A DNA stretch of 63,906 bases, counting the filler, from Aduncisulcus paluster (Eukaryota), in NCBI GenBank assembly GCA_024181965.1. It is 4 parts of 4 records of this genome, joined end to end, with 100 filler letters (N's around TTAATTAATTAA, not from the genome) between each part and the next. Parts side by side here need not be neighbours in the genome. Positions count along the whole stretch, not along the records: positions 21,513 to 42,185 come from BQXS01010795.1; 3 more parts are not named here. One strand, given 5' to 3'. Below, piece by piece: positions 26,439 through 37,508 of this stretch. The notes under the pieces were generated by a model that saw only the letters and a program-made list of their open reading frames with translations, was not told the DNA's origin and did no database searches. The first letter of the stretch is position 1. Every line of letters begins with the position of its first letter. A program made the position numbers and the translations under genes.

Positions 26439-29400
26439 ATGTTTGCTGTTTATGACGATTCTTCCATTTCGGAAGCACAAAAACTTCTTAGAAGTGGTGT
26501 GAAGAAAGAGAACTTGGAAGGTCTAAGAATGCTTGTATCTCACATTTCCCGTGGTAATGATATTAGTGCTGCCTTTCATGATGTTGTGAAACTTGTCGTT
26601 GCTGAGTCTTTGGAAATGAAGCGTCTTGTATACATGATTATTGCCCATTATTCCGAGTCCAATCCAGATGCTGCCATTATGAGTTACAATGTCTTCCATA
26701 AATCTCTCTCTGATCGTAACCAACTAGTTAGAGGATTAGCGCTCAGGACATTGTCTTCTATTAGAGTGAAAACTATTTCAGCTTTGGTCGCTACTGAAAT
26801 TGACAATTCTTCCAGAGATTCCTCTCCTTTTGTTCGTAAAACTGCCTGTCATGCTGCTATTAAAGTTGCTAAGTATGATGCTGACACCAAAGATGATATT
26901 ATCAAAGTAATTGGGAATCTTCTTGGAGATTCTGTTCCTGCGGTCCTTGGATCTGCTGTTGTTGCTTGGTTAGCAATTTGCCCTGATAGATACGATCTCA
27001 TTCATAAACATTTCCATTCCATTTGTGTTAACATTGCCGATACGGATGAATGGTGCCAAGTTTCAATCTTGAAGATGCTCCTCCATTACGCTCGTAAGCA
27101 TCTCATTGGTCCCCCTAATGCTGCTCCTAAACCAAAGAAAGAGGCCAAACCAGAGTCTAAAGCTAAGAAACAACCTGTTGCTCTCGACCTTGAAGATCTT
27201 GGCGCTGACTTCTGTTTTGGTCCCACCGATGAAAATGAGAAGAAACCTGAGGAGAAAGATGAAGAATCTGAATCATATTCCTACTCTGGTGAGGCTGCTG
27301 CTGTTGATCCCACTGAGCTCAAGGCCCGAATTGAACGTGATACCACCTTCATGCTCAAGTCCATTATCCATCTTTTGAAGAGCAGAAACCCTGGTGTGTG
27401 TCTTCAAGCATGTTTACTCATATATTACTGTGCCAAGCGTCCCGACACATCTAGTAAGACCGATGATGAAGAAGACCTTGGTATCTCCTCTGCTACTGAT
27501 GCTTTGTTCTCTGCCAACACTCTTGGAGCTGCTCTTGCCCGTTGTGTTGAGCTTTGTGCCCCCGAAGAGGCTGCTGTTGCCCTTGCTGCCTGTGTGAGTA
27601 TTGCCAGTGAACACAAGAAGCTCCTTATGCCCTATTACAAGGTATTCTACATCCACCGTGTTGATTCTCTGTTTGTCAAGGAGAAGAAACTCAACATTAT
27701 TGCTTCCTTGGTGTCTGAAGAGAATGCCGTTGAGATTGTTAGAGAGCTCAAGTCTTGCATCGATCACCGTGTCCATATTCCTCTTTCTGAGAAATTTTCC
27801 TCCTCTTTGATCGAGTGTGTCACACGTTGTGCCTATGCTGTTTCTACCATTCGTGGTAAGTGTCTTGATCTACTCCTCAGCTTGATTGAAGGTGGCTACG
27901 ACGACTCTATCGTTGGTGCTGCCGTTATTGGAATGAAGAATCTCCTCTCATCTAACTCCTCAGAAACTGGTCAGATTGAGTACACATTGTTCTCTGATTC
28001 ATTGGGTCATATTTGTGATCCCAGTGATGTTGCTAGGTTCCGTGGACAAGAAGCTCCTGCTGCTTCATTTGGAGCTGATTTTGCTCTCGATTTTGATACT
28101 CAAACCCAACCTGCTGAGTCCGTTGACTCTGACGAACCATACGTTCCCAAGATCCCCGAAGACGAACGTGCTGAGGATGCCCGTGTTGTTCGCCGTCTTG
28201 TTCAGCTCATTCCTGATCTCAAATCCAACCCTCCTGCCCTGTGTGCTGCCTTGTGGGTTGCTGGTGAGCATTGCAACCTTGTACCTCACTTGGTGCCCGA
28301 TATTATGAGGGTTCAAGCGAAAGATCTTCTTTCTCTTGACACTGAGGTTAAAGAAGAGCTCTGTGTGATGTCTGTGAAGGTTGCTTTACGCAGAAAAGAG
28401 ATCGCCAAGCTTATTGCTCGTCGTGCCTCTTGTTTCTCCTACTCCAAACTTGCTGATAAGAATGGTAACCGTAAGAAGGGAAGAGGAATCCCCGAGTCCA
28501 CTAATCTGCCCTCTCTTCCCCATCTTGAGGCTCTTGCCCTCTCTGTATGTGACCGTGTGCACCATCTCTGCGACTATATCCTCCGTGCATGTGCCGTTGA
28601 TGCCGACTATGATCTCAGAGATCGTGCAAGACTTCTTCAATATGCCTGCAATGGTGGAGTGAGCTGTTTCAATGTTGTCAGTGAGAATATTATCAAACCT
28701 CGTCCAACCACTGATCTTAGTGTTTCTGATGTTCGTGAGTTTGTTCTTGGAACCATCACCTTCATCCTCAACAAACCAGTCCCTGGATACATGAATCTTA
28801 GCTCTGAATGTGACCAATCTGTTGGTTATGCCGAGAGAGAAGCTGGACACGCTGAAGTGGCCGAACGTATCAAGCAAAAGAAGAGTGGTCGTAAACCCAT
28901 TAGCATCTCCTCCGTTGGTTCTGAAAGGATGAAAGGAATCAATCTCACAAACATGAAGGAACCAGAGAGTCCCTCGTTGTCGAAGCCAGTCGTTAAGAAG
29001 GCAATTGTCCCCATTGGAGAGAAGAAGAAGGACAACTTCTGGGGAGATGAAGAGGAACAAGGAGATGATGAGTACAGTTACTCTGGATACAGTTATTCAG
29101 ACGATCAGAAGGCCGAGCCCAAGAAGACAACTGCAAAGGCTGATGGCGGTTTTGATGACATTTTTGGGGCGTTCGGAGCTCCTTCCAAGTCCACTCAACC
29201 TGCTAAGAAGACAGTATCCAGTGTTCCCGCTCCAACTAAAAAGACTTCTCTTGGGGATGATCTTGATATATTGCTTGGAATGGGCCCTTCTTCCTCGTCT
29301 CAAACAGCCAAGAAATACCCCCCTGCTCCGAGAACTCAACCCAAACCTCAGCCTGTGACTCAGCCAAAACCTACCGGAATTGATGCTGGACTTGTTGCCC

Positions 29401-30071
29401 TCATGGGTGCTCCCACTCAATCTCAGCAAGGAGATGTCACTCGTGAGAAGATGACTCTCACTCTATCCAACACTGATGGAAGAGGTGTTGAGGTTACAAG
29501 TGCATTTGCCCGTGGGTTCTTTGCTCCACCAGCTGGACATATTGGTCTTCGGGTGTGTGTTACTAACCGCTCTCCTTCCCCTCTCGCTGTTAACATCAGT
29601 GGTACATGCATGTCTACTCCTGTTTCCTTCGGAAGAATGAACGTTGGTCAGGCTATCACTAAGCTCTTGTTCGTTAAGTTAGTACCTGGAAAGCCTTCAA
29701 TCCAATTAACTGTTTCTCATGGTGCTGTTCGTGTTAACTTCTCTGTTAAACCCAGAATGGGTGACCTCGTCCGCCCTGATAAGATGTCTCAGGCCCAAGC
29801 TCTCTCGATGAGGAAAAACCTCATGTCCAACATGTGCGAAATTGTTTTACCAACTGCTGATATTTCTACAGTTGATAAATCTGTGATCACAGCAACAAAC
29901 CTCAACAAAATCGCTGTTGGGTTATATGTTGGAAGAGAATTCGTTGGTAATAAGGTGGTCATTGTTTGGTGTGAACGTGCTGCAGGTTCCTTGAAATTGA
30001 GAGTTGTTGCTGAGAAGGCCAAATTTGGACAACTTCTCATGAAATTTATCAGTAAGCAAACATCTCTTTAA
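26439..30071 (+). CDS. AP3B: AP-3 adaptor complex beta subunit
   Basis: Adaptin_N motifs (KRLVY, NQLVRGLALRTLSSIRV, SPFVRKTA, DEWCQV, DYDLRDRAR), acidic hinge and ear domain. Confidence 0.92.
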   Translation: MFAVYDDSSISEAQKLLRSGVKKENLEGLRMLVSHISRGNDISAAFHDVVKLVVAESLEMKRLVYMIIAHYSESNPDAAIMSYNVFHKSLSDRNQLVRGLALRTLSSIRVKTISALVATEIDNSSRDSSPFVRKTACHAAIKVAKYDADTKDDIIKVIGNLLGDSVPAVLGSAVVAWLAICPDRYDLIHKHFHSICVNIADTDEWCQVSILKMLLHYARKHLIGPPNAAPKPKKEAKPESKAKKQPVALDLEDLGADFCFGPTDENEKKPEEKDEESESYSYSGEAAAVDPTELKARIERDTTFMLKSIIHLLKSRNPGVCLQACLLIYYCAKRPDTSSKTDDEEDLGISSATDALFSANTLGAALARCVELCAPEEAAVALAACVSIASEHKKLLMPYYKVFYIHRVDSLFVKEKKLNIIASLVSEENAVEIVRELKSCIDHRVHIPLSEKFSSSLIECVTRCAYAVSTIRGKCLDLLLSLIEGGYDDSIVGAAVIGMKNLLSSNSSETGQIEYTLFSDSLGHICDPSDVARFRGQEAPAASFGADFALDFDTQTQPAESVDSDEPYVPKIPEDERAEDARVVRRLVQLIPDLKSNPPALCAALWVAGEHCNLVPHLVPDIMRVQAKDLLSLDTEVKEELCVMSVKVALRRKEIAKLIARRASCFSYSKLADKNGNRKKGRGIPESTNLPSLPHLEALALSVCDRVHHLCDYILRACAVDADYDLRDRARLLQYACNGGVSCFNVVSENIIKPRPTTDLSVSDVREFVLGTITFILNKPVPGYMNLSSECDQSVGYAEREAGHAEVAERIKQKKSGRKPISISSVGSERMKGINLTNMKEPESPSLSKPVVKKAIVPIGEKKKDNFWGDEEEQGDDEYSYSGYSYSDDQKAEPKKTTAKADGGFDDIFGAFGAPSKSTQPAKKTVSSVPAPTKKTSLGDDLDILLGMGPSSSSQTAKKYPPAPRTQPKPQPVTQPKPTGIDAGLVALMGAPTQSQQGDVTREKMTLTLSNTDGRGVEVTSAFARGFFAPPAGHIGLRVCVTNRSPSPLAVNISGTCMSTPVSFGRMNVGQAITKLLFVKLVPGKPSIQLTVSHGAVRVNFSVKPRMGDLVRPDKMSQAQALSMRKNLMSNMCEIVLPTADISTVDKSVITATNLNKIAVGLYVGREFVGNKVVIVWCERAAGSLKLRVVAEKAKFGQLLMKFISKQTSL

Positions 30072-30173
30072 AAATAATAAATAATTCGTTTTTAAAGTGA
30101 AAGCTTTTGTGACATTATCTTTGTGGTTTGAACCACAATCTTGAGCATTGAAGGTGTGGAATAGGTAAAATTT

Positions 30174-30178
30174 AAAAA
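30174..30178 (-). terminator. RNA Pol III terminator (T5) of the tRNA
   Basis: CTTTTT immediately follows the discriminator base on the minus strand. Confidence 0.7.
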
Positions 30179-30179
30179 G

Positions 30180-30261
30180 CGGTGACAGTGGGATTCGAAC
30201 CCACGCGCTCAGAGAGCAATAGAACTCGAGTCTAACGATATAACCACTCATCCATATCACC
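30180..30261 (-). tRNA. tRNA-Ser(CGA), 82 nt, class II, intronless
   Basis: GGTGATA/TGTCACC acceptor stem with G73; D arm GATG-AGTGGTTA-TATC; anticodon loop CT-CGA-GT; variable arm GCTC-TCT-GAGC; T arm GTGGG-TTCGAAT-CCCAC. Confidence 0.93.
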
Positions 30262-30462
30262 ATAATCACCGCAAAAAAATAAAAATTATTTATAAACCCA
30301 AATTTGAAAAAACTTTTCGCATCTCAAAGTAAAATATATATTTCAATTGGTAGTATGTATTAATAAATAAATCTTGCCTGGAATATATCCTAATACCTAA
30401 GAATATTTTTTTATATCGAACTGCAGCTGTTTTTGTTGACACTTGTTTGACAAAATTGAAAT

Positions 30463-30836
30463 ATGGTATGTATAATATGGTTCTATTAGTTTTCAATTTA
30501 AATCGTGCAAATTTATTATTGAATTTTGTTCTTATTCAGTCCCAAGAAATTGATGAGATTATTAAGAGAATTACATCTCATAGAGGAGTTAAAGGTGCTA
30601 TAGTTATGAATTCTGAAGGAATACCCATCAGAACAACACTCGAAAAAGATTTAGCTACTCATTATGCCGCCTTGATATCACATTTGACCCATGAGGGATG
30701 CAAACTTGTAAATTCGACTAGTGGTGGTAAAGATGATCTCAAATTCCTCAGAATAAGAAATAACAAACATGAAATTATGGTTGCTCCAGAAGGTAAATAT
30801 GTATTAGTTGTTATCCAAGAGCCAAGCGTTGAGTAA
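30463..30836 (+). CDS. DYNLRB: Dynein light chain roadblock/LC7
   Basis: ATG, then intron 30466-30539 (GTATGT...CAG), gives MSQEIDEIIKRITSHRGVKG...GIPIRTTL...LKFLRIR..KHEIMVAP...LVVIQ. Confidence 0.95.
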
Positions 30837-30986
30837 AATTTTTCGTTTTATTGTCAATTATTTGGTTATATTTTTTGTTCTTATCAAAAATATTGTCAAT
30901 GATATGTTCTTTATTAAATGCCAAAAGCTTCGAAAAACAATCTTTTGATTTTGATAACAAAATAGAGTCCTATTCTCAACAAAAAC

Positions 30987-33210
30987 ATGGACCCTTTATT
31001 TCACGCATACTCAAAATTAAGAAGACAAAGATATAATGAATGTACAGACCTATGCACAAGTATTTTGAAAAAAAATCCCCGTGATCGGGCTGCATTGGCA
31101 ATGAAACTCCAGTCAATTGTTGAACAAAATTTTACTGATGATACAGAATTAGAGGATCAAGATTTGGGAGATGCTCTTCTCGCTATTGACGAGACAGATA
31201 AAGTATCTGAACGAAAAATATCTACCGCTGCAGCGGCAGCATCTTCAATCTCATCCACCCGAGGAACAACTGGTAGAATGACATCTCAAGGTACTCACAC
31301 TGCTGCTCGAACTGTTGCTTCACGTGGTATTTCTCGAATGGGTACCGGTGCAGCCCGCAGTGGAACATCCCGCTTAACAACCACTGCCAGATTGCCAACA
31401 GGACATGCTCGTCCTGGTACACAGAATGCAAATCTTGCTTCATCTATGAGAACGAATACTCAACGTGTTGCAACAGCCATGCGTGGAGCTGCCCAACGAA
31501 CTGCTGGTGGTCGTCCTTTGACAACTAGTGGACGTATTTTGCGTTTAGGAACAGCTATTGCTTTAAAAACAGCCAAAGAAGGGAATGGAGTTTTTGATTT
31601 GGGTAGTTTTGATCCAAGCAAGTATGCTCAAGTTCCTGTTCTGTCTCGTCTTCTGACTGATTATGTTATAAATATTGATATTACCCCTCAACGTGCACTT
31701 GCTCTTCTCTCAAGAATGCCGGAAGATAAATATACTCAATCTTTTGTTTGTGATCGTCGAGGCCAATGCATGTCCCTTCTACGGGATTATGAAAGGGCCT
31801 CAGATGAATTTACAAGAGCTGAAAGGAGTAGTCCACTTCCTCGAACCATTGCTCGTCGAGCACGGTCTCTTGCTAGGTGCGGAAGAATCAAAGAAGCTCT
31901 TGGCATCATGGCTCGTCAATCTGCTTTTTCTTCATGTGATCCACTCTATGATATTATTGGTTGCCGTATTCTCCAGAGTTTGCCTGAAATGTCTGTCAAA
32001 AGCGAAGAAAGTAAGAAAAAACAGGAACTCGAAAAAGTCCGAAAACATCGTGAAGAAGCAGAGAAGCAACAAGAAGAGAATGAAAATGACGATATTCTCA
32101 CTGGAGAAGGTGTGACTGAGACATATGATAAAGATATGCTTCAACAAACTTCTCGGGAACGAAAATTGGGAGATCGTCATGGTGTTCGGGAACAATTTGG
32201 ATTGTCTCCAACATCTTCTCCAACATCTGTTGCCGATTCCTCCCAGAAAAAACCTGGAGATCCATTCCATGCGCCATTATCTCTTCGTGAGGTGACTAAT
32301 GCCACACTTTCTGACCGTTCCTCTCTCTTGAATTTGCTCTCCATGTTCCTTCGAAGTGCTATTTCCAAGGATAATGGTAATGTCGAGGCTCATTCCCCCC
32401 TTGCTGCTGTTGAATTCAGTCAAGGGAAAGTNNNNNNNNNNNNNNNNNNNNGATCCATTCCATGCGCCATTATCTCTTCGTGAGGTGACTAATGCCACAC
32501 TTTCTGACCGTTCCTCTCTCTTGAATTTGCTCTCCATGTTCCTTCGAAGTGCTATTTCCAAGGATAATGGTAATGTCGAGGCTCATTCCACCCTTGCTGC
32601 TGTTGAATTCAGTCAAGGGAAAGTATCAAGCTCATTATCACGATACAGACGTTTATTGAGACTTATTAAGAATTCCGAAGAAGTTTGGGAGAATATTGCT
32701 CTGTGTTTGATGTCCATTGGTTATGTTGGAGGTGGATTAGGGGCCTTCGTTCGTGGAGTCAGATGTGGCAAGAGTAATGGACATACAAGTTGTTCTCGGC
32801 ATGGTGTTTTTGATATTGGATGTGCTCTTCTGAATATCGGAGACCTGAAGACGTCTGAGTATGCTTTTCATCTTGCTGGACATGGATCTCTTTGCAGTGG
32901 TGATGTTGATAGTGCCACGAGTGGAATTGGATCTCTTGGTCTGACAAATGCAGCCATTTTGACGAGACGAAGGGGTGGAGAAAAGGGTAAATTGGACGCA
33001 AAGGGATTGATAGATACAGCAATTGAGTGTGCTGATGCTGCTGTGTGGCTCGGAGATCCAACTCCTTTCTACACTCACGCCAAGATTAGTATGGAAGATG
33101 GAGATATCGGGACAGCTTTCTTAAGTGCTAATTTGGGAGTTGCAGAGGGTTTTGCTGGAATGGAATGTGCAAAACTCGTTGTAGAACTTGGTGAAGAGCT
33201 ACAAAAGTAA
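30987..33210 (+). CDS. TTC8: BBSome subunit BBS8 (TPR protein), broken by an assembly gap
   Basis: MDPLFHAYSKLRRQRYNEC..LC..IL.KNP.D and RPLTTSGR..RLGTA are BBS8 hallmarks. ORFs 30987..32483 and 32356..33210 join once the duplication is collapsed. Confidence 0.9.
32259..32624. repeat. Assembly artefact: 173-bp duplication (32259-32431 / 32452-32624) around a 20-N gap, one mismatch
   Basis: The copies are identical except CCCCCC vs CCACCC (Pro/Thr). Confidence 0.92.
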
Positions 33211-33249
33211 ACAATTTTTATTAGGGTTGCAATCGGCAAATATTCTGAA

Positions 33250-34560
33250 TTATTCATCTTCATCTTCATCTTTTTTAGGGAATGAATCAAGGAATTCCTT
33301 CTGGAATTGCTTAACATAGGCCTCAAAACCATCAATATCTTCTTGATTTCCACCAATGAGCCTGTGAATTTGAGGAACACTCTCAAAATCGAATGTATCA
33401 AAGGTTTTGGGCATCATTGGAACACATACCTTCCCCGTTTTTGGATGAATACAGAAAGGAGCCTTCAGAAGATGGTTTCTATGGGCAGAAACGCCGATAT
33501 CTATTCTTGGATATGTAAAATGATAGATAGCTTTGAAAATACTCTCACATTCCTCAGGAGACCCTGCCCTAAGTTTCCCCTCGAGGATAGAGATTCGCTT
33601 TTTCCAATCATCGGCATCGTTCAAGACTGCAGACAATGATGGGGCATTGAGAACTGCGAGGAAATGAGATAGGTGGGATTCCTTTGAAAACATGGAATAA
33701 TTATACGCGTGATATTGTTCTTCTTCTTCCTCTTCTTTATGTTTTTTGCGACTTTTCACCTCTATTTCATCTTCCTCTGCCTGACGAGAAAGTTCAGCTC
33801 CAACCATAGCAATATCATGGGAACTCAAGAGCCACCCTTGCTCAACTCCAACATAATCACGAAATAGAGGCCACAAGAGACCTCCGAATGTGCATATTTG
33901 AATGGGATCTGAATACGTCACTTGATGGTGTTGGGTGGCTGCACGAAGTTTCGGACCACTGAGACCAGAGGCAGAACTATCACTACAAATATTGAAAAAT
34001 CCGGCAATACTCTGTCTTTCTCTATCAGAAAGCTTTCTAGCTGCCTCATCGCATACCCAACAATGAATACCACGACGTCCAGAGAAAACAAAGAGCAAAT
34101 GATTGAATCCAAAGTAGTTTTTCAGTCCATATTCCAATATTTTTGCCGCAGTTGTCATAAAACGAAAGCATCTTGGGCACATATCGGTTTTGGAACAACA
34201 GGTTCGGACAATATCAAAATCAGTCGCATCGATATCAAAAACTAATTCACGCTCAATAGGCCGAAATCCATCTGCATCTTTAAGACGTTGATCCGGTCTA
34301 ATTGAATAAACAGGCCCAATATCAATCTTTATCGGTCTTTTACCAGTTAATTCCTTTGAAGCGTGAGATATTGATTCAAAAACTCTATACCTAACAAAAA
34401 TATCTCCATCAAGAGTCAGACAAATCTCTCTCCTATGTAAATAGTCCGTATCTTCATCATATTGTAGCCATTCAATTAATTCCCTTGTAGGGAAAAAATC
34501 TTGATAATACTTTGGCAATAAATGCAATAAATCAGCTCTATTATATGGTTTGGTACTCAT
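33250..34560 (-). CDS. PRIM1: DNA primase small (catalytic) subunit
   Basis: ELVFDIDATD, FSGRRGIHCWV, YPRIDIGVS and HLLKAPFCIHPKTG motifs. Confidence 0.97.
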   Translation of the reverse strand: MSTKPYNRADLLHLLPKYYQDFFPTRELIEWLQYDEDTDYLHRREICLTLDGDIFVRYRVFESISHASKELTGKRPIKIDIGPVYSIRPDQRLKDADGFRPIERELVFDIDATDFDIVRTCCSKTDMCPRCFRFMTTAAKILEYGLKNYFGFNHLLFVFSGRRGIHCWVCDEAARKLSDRERQSIAGFFNICSDSSASGLSGPKLRAATQHHQVTYSDPIQICTFGGLLWPLFRDYVGVEQGWLLSSHDIAMVGAELSRQAEEDEIEVKSRKKHKEEEEEEQYHAYNYSMFSKESHLSHFLAVLNAPSLSAVLNDADDWKKRISILEGKLRAGSPEECESIFKAIYHFTYPRIDIGVSAHRNHLLKAPFCIHPKTGKVCVPMMPKTFDTFDFESVPQIHRLIGGNQEDIDGFEAYVKQFQKEFLDSFPKKDEDEDE

Positions 34561-34718
34561 ACTTGACAGTAAAACTGTTCAGAGAATGGTAACGAAGAGA
34601 AAAAGAAGAACGATTTTCGAAAACAACCGTTGTTTTCTATGTGACATAGAAGATGTTGAAATAAATATGAATATGAGCATAGAGAAACAAATTTATTAAA
34701 TCTAAGAAGAATTAAAGA

Positions 34719-35207
34719 TTAATCATAGAATATTTTAGCTCGATTCGTCAAGAGTTTGGTCTCTCCGTTATAAAATATTGATTCAATCACCAAATTTCCA
34801 GATAAAACTTTTGCTGGCAACACATGACCCTTGTCAGCTAGGACAACTGTTTCCCAAGTATTCATAGTGTGGGGAATAACGAACCCAACATGACCAAATT
34901 CCCATGTTTCTATTAACTCTCCCTTTAAATAAACATTTTGAACAATTTTGAAATCTTTCATGGGTTTCTCCGATCGGAAAGCAATTTCTCGACTTACTCC
35001 ATCTAACTTAAGAACTTTTTTAGGTAAATGGATGACAACATCCCTTCCATCCATCCTTATATAAAATATCAATGTATAAGAACCATGAAATAATAAATTA
35101 CACTATAACTAATTCAATAACAAAACATACCAATCGTTAATTTCATAAAGGATCTTACCACCCTTAAAATCGTACATTTTCAACCATTTCACAAAAAATT
35201 GTTTCAT
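34719..35207 (-). CDS. PDE6D: PDE-delta prenyl-binding protein
   Basis: Exon 1 is 35207-35131 (MKQFFVKWLKMYDFKGGKILYEIND); intron 35130-35056 (GTATGT...AAG). Exon 2 has PKKVLK...VSREI.F.S...GFVIP..NTW...PAKVLSGN.VIE. Confidence 0.9.
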
Positions 35208-35546
35208 TTGACTTAATATTATAATAAATAATAGATTTTTAAATCTATAATGCTTTTCAAATCACCAATATCATGAAGAATTTCTGAAGACAAACCTCAA
35301 CCACTTCAATAAATATTCAAGATTTATTATATCTGTCACATTCCTTGAAAAGAATTTTGACAATGCTATTTTTTTTCAACAATGAGAAGTAAAGGCGAAA
35401 ACTCTTTTTGTCTGTGATGGAGGCATATTATCACACCAAAGCCACATCCTCCAAGCAATGGATACGAATATTCTTCGTTAGCAGTATTATCCAACTTGTA
35501 TACAAGGCGAGAGCTGACAATAAAGCTGAACGTAACACTTTTTTTG

Positions 35547-35873
35547 TTATTGTGAATATGAAGTTGGATTATATTTCATTGATACTAATTGATTCCATAT
35601 CGCAATCCCAAAGAAAACAATTGATATAACGGCAACAATAGAAATGACAATGAGATCTCGCAGAATGGATGCTTCAAGAGCAAACACAAAAGCGGCCACC
35701 AATACAATTAAATTGAGAGCAAACAAGAGAATTACATGGGAGTTCCATTCAGAAGGAATACTATCCGCTTTGGCCACATTAATAATAACAATAATACAGA
35801 GAAAAGAACAAAGAAGAATGGAGAAATTCCTAAAGAAGAGCTTTTTCCAATAAGGAACAGCTACAACAGCCAT
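35547..35873 (-). CDS. Small multi-pass membrane protein of unknown function
   Basis: 108-aa ATG ORF with three hydrophobic segments; a possible fourth helix lies downstream in another frame. Confidence 0.55.
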   Translation of the reverse strand: MAVVAVPYWKKLFFRNFSILLCSFLCIIVIINVAKADSIPSEWNSHVILLFALNLIVLVAAFVFALEASILRDLIVISIVAVISIVFFGIAIWNQLVSMKYNPTSYSQ

Positions 35874-36136
35874 AATTCAGTGATAAATATTTTTAAAATA
35901 AAGCAAAAAGTATGAAAATATATTCACAAAAGTTATAGACCGGCCAAAATAATCAGCAGGCAGTGAACTTCACTGTTTGAAACAATATTATCCAACCGAA
36001 AACTAATTATTTCCAATATTTGATGTCATAGGAATATTAAATTCTCAAAATATATATTTATTTGAACAATTTTAGTTATTAAATTTCAGAGATTTCCGCA
36101 GGATTTTGAAATCATGTTTTTTGTTGGGAAAGAATA

Positions 36137-37465
36137 ATGTCATTTGGAAAATATGGATTTTCTTCGATTCTTCAGCAAGCGTTAAAGAAAATTCATTGGG
36201 TGGAACCGACAAGTATTCAGGCTAAGACTTTTGGTCCTGCTCTTGAGCGAAAAGACATCCTTGGACACGCTCCTACGGGATCTGGGAAAACTGGAGCTTT
36301 TATATTGCCCTTATTGCAGCAAATATCTGATACCATTGAATGGGGTGGCTCTACTTTACCAATGTATGGATTAATCATCACTCCAACTCGTGTTCTTGCC
36401 AATCAAATAGCAAAAGTTATTGAAGATCTATCTGATGGATTGGATATCTCTGTTGTTACACTTATTGGTGAAGATGACTTCATTGAACAAGGATTGAAGC
36501 TTGGAAAATGTCCCCATATTATTGTTGCCACACCTGGGCGTTTGATGGAACATATTCGGGATACTCATGGATTTTCTCTTTCTAGAATTCATTATTTTGT
36601 CTTAGATGAGGCTGATAGAATGCTTTCTCTTGATTTCCAACTTGATCTCGAAAACATTATTAAATTGCTTCCTAGAGATCGACAAACAATGCTATTTTCG
36701 GCTACTCTTAAAAAAGAAGTTATGGACTTGAAGAAAATGGCTTTGACAGATGCTGTGACTCTCACTGTTAAGGAATCGGCTACTGAAAGATCCCTTGCTT
36801 CATCAACCACAATTCCCGCAAATTTATCTCAAAAAGTCATTTATTGTTCTCAAAAATATAAAAATATATACATTTATTCATTATTAAAATCAGAATTAGA
36901 GGGAAAATCAACCATAATATTTTGTAATCTCAAATCCAGAGTTGATCGATTATATCATATTCTCAACTTTTTAAAAATAGATTGTGTTCGAATTCATGGA
37001 GGAATAAGTGAAAGAGATAAAAATAGAGCCCTGAGTCGTTTTCAGTCGCAGTCATCTCTCATTCTGATTGCTACTGACATGCTTGCTCGTGGGATTGATG
37101 TTAGTTGTCTTGATTGTGTTGTTAATTATGATTTAACAATGGATTTGAAGACGCATACGCATCGTATTGGTCGGACAGCTCGTGCAGGAAAGCCTGGGGT
37201 TGCCTATACATTTGTTGGGGTTGACAAGAAATCGGAAGAAGCTGTCGACGGTTTCTCTGAACTTGAAGAGTTTAGGCACATGGAAAAAGAGATGACGTCA
37301 AAGATGGGAGCGGATCCGATTGAAGAAGTTCAAATGAACGATAAGGAAGTTTTGAAAGAGAAGGAAAAAGTGGGGAAAGCAATCGAATATGCCTCATTTA
37401 TGATCCAAAAGGAGAAAAAGAAAAAGAAGAACCTGAAGAAAGGACGTTCAAAAAAGACTGAATGA
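36137..37465 (+). CDS. DDX47: DEAD-box RNA helicase, Rrp3/DDX47-like
   Basis: GSGKT, DEAD, SAT and HRIGRTAR motifs. PHIIVATPGRLMEH..DT.GFSL is characteristic of Rrp3/DDX47. Confidence 0.85.
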   Translation: MSFGKYGFSSILQQALKKIHWVEPTSIQAKTFGPALERKDILGHAPTGSGKTGAFILPLLQQISDTIEWGGSTLPMYGLIITPTRVLANQIAKVIEDLSDGLDISVVTLIGEDDFIEQGLKLGKCPHIIVATPGRLMEHIRDTHGFSLSRIHYFVLDEADRMLSLDFQLDLENIIKLLPRDRQTMLFSATLKKEVMDLKKMALTDAVTLTVKESATERSLASSTTIPANLSQKVIYCSQKYKNIYIYSLLKSELEGKSTIIFCNLKSRVDRLYHILNFLKIDCVRIHGGISERDKNRALSRFQSQSSLILIATDMLARGIDVSCLDCVVNYDLTMDLKTHTHRIGRTARAGKPGVAYTFVGVDKKSEEAVDGFSELEEFRHMEKEMTSKMGADPIEEVQMNDKEVLKEKEKVGKAIEYASFMIQKEKKKKKNLKKGRSKKTE

Positions 37466-37508
37466 TACTTTCGGGATTTCTTTGAGAATTATGATGCTAT
37501 GAGATATT

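Noticed and set aside
35957-35979. Palindrome CAGTGAACTTCACTG in a divergent promoter, and TTGTGGTTTGAACCACAA at 30121-30138
   Set aside because: Single short inverted repeats with no second instance or family match; cannot be separated from chance.
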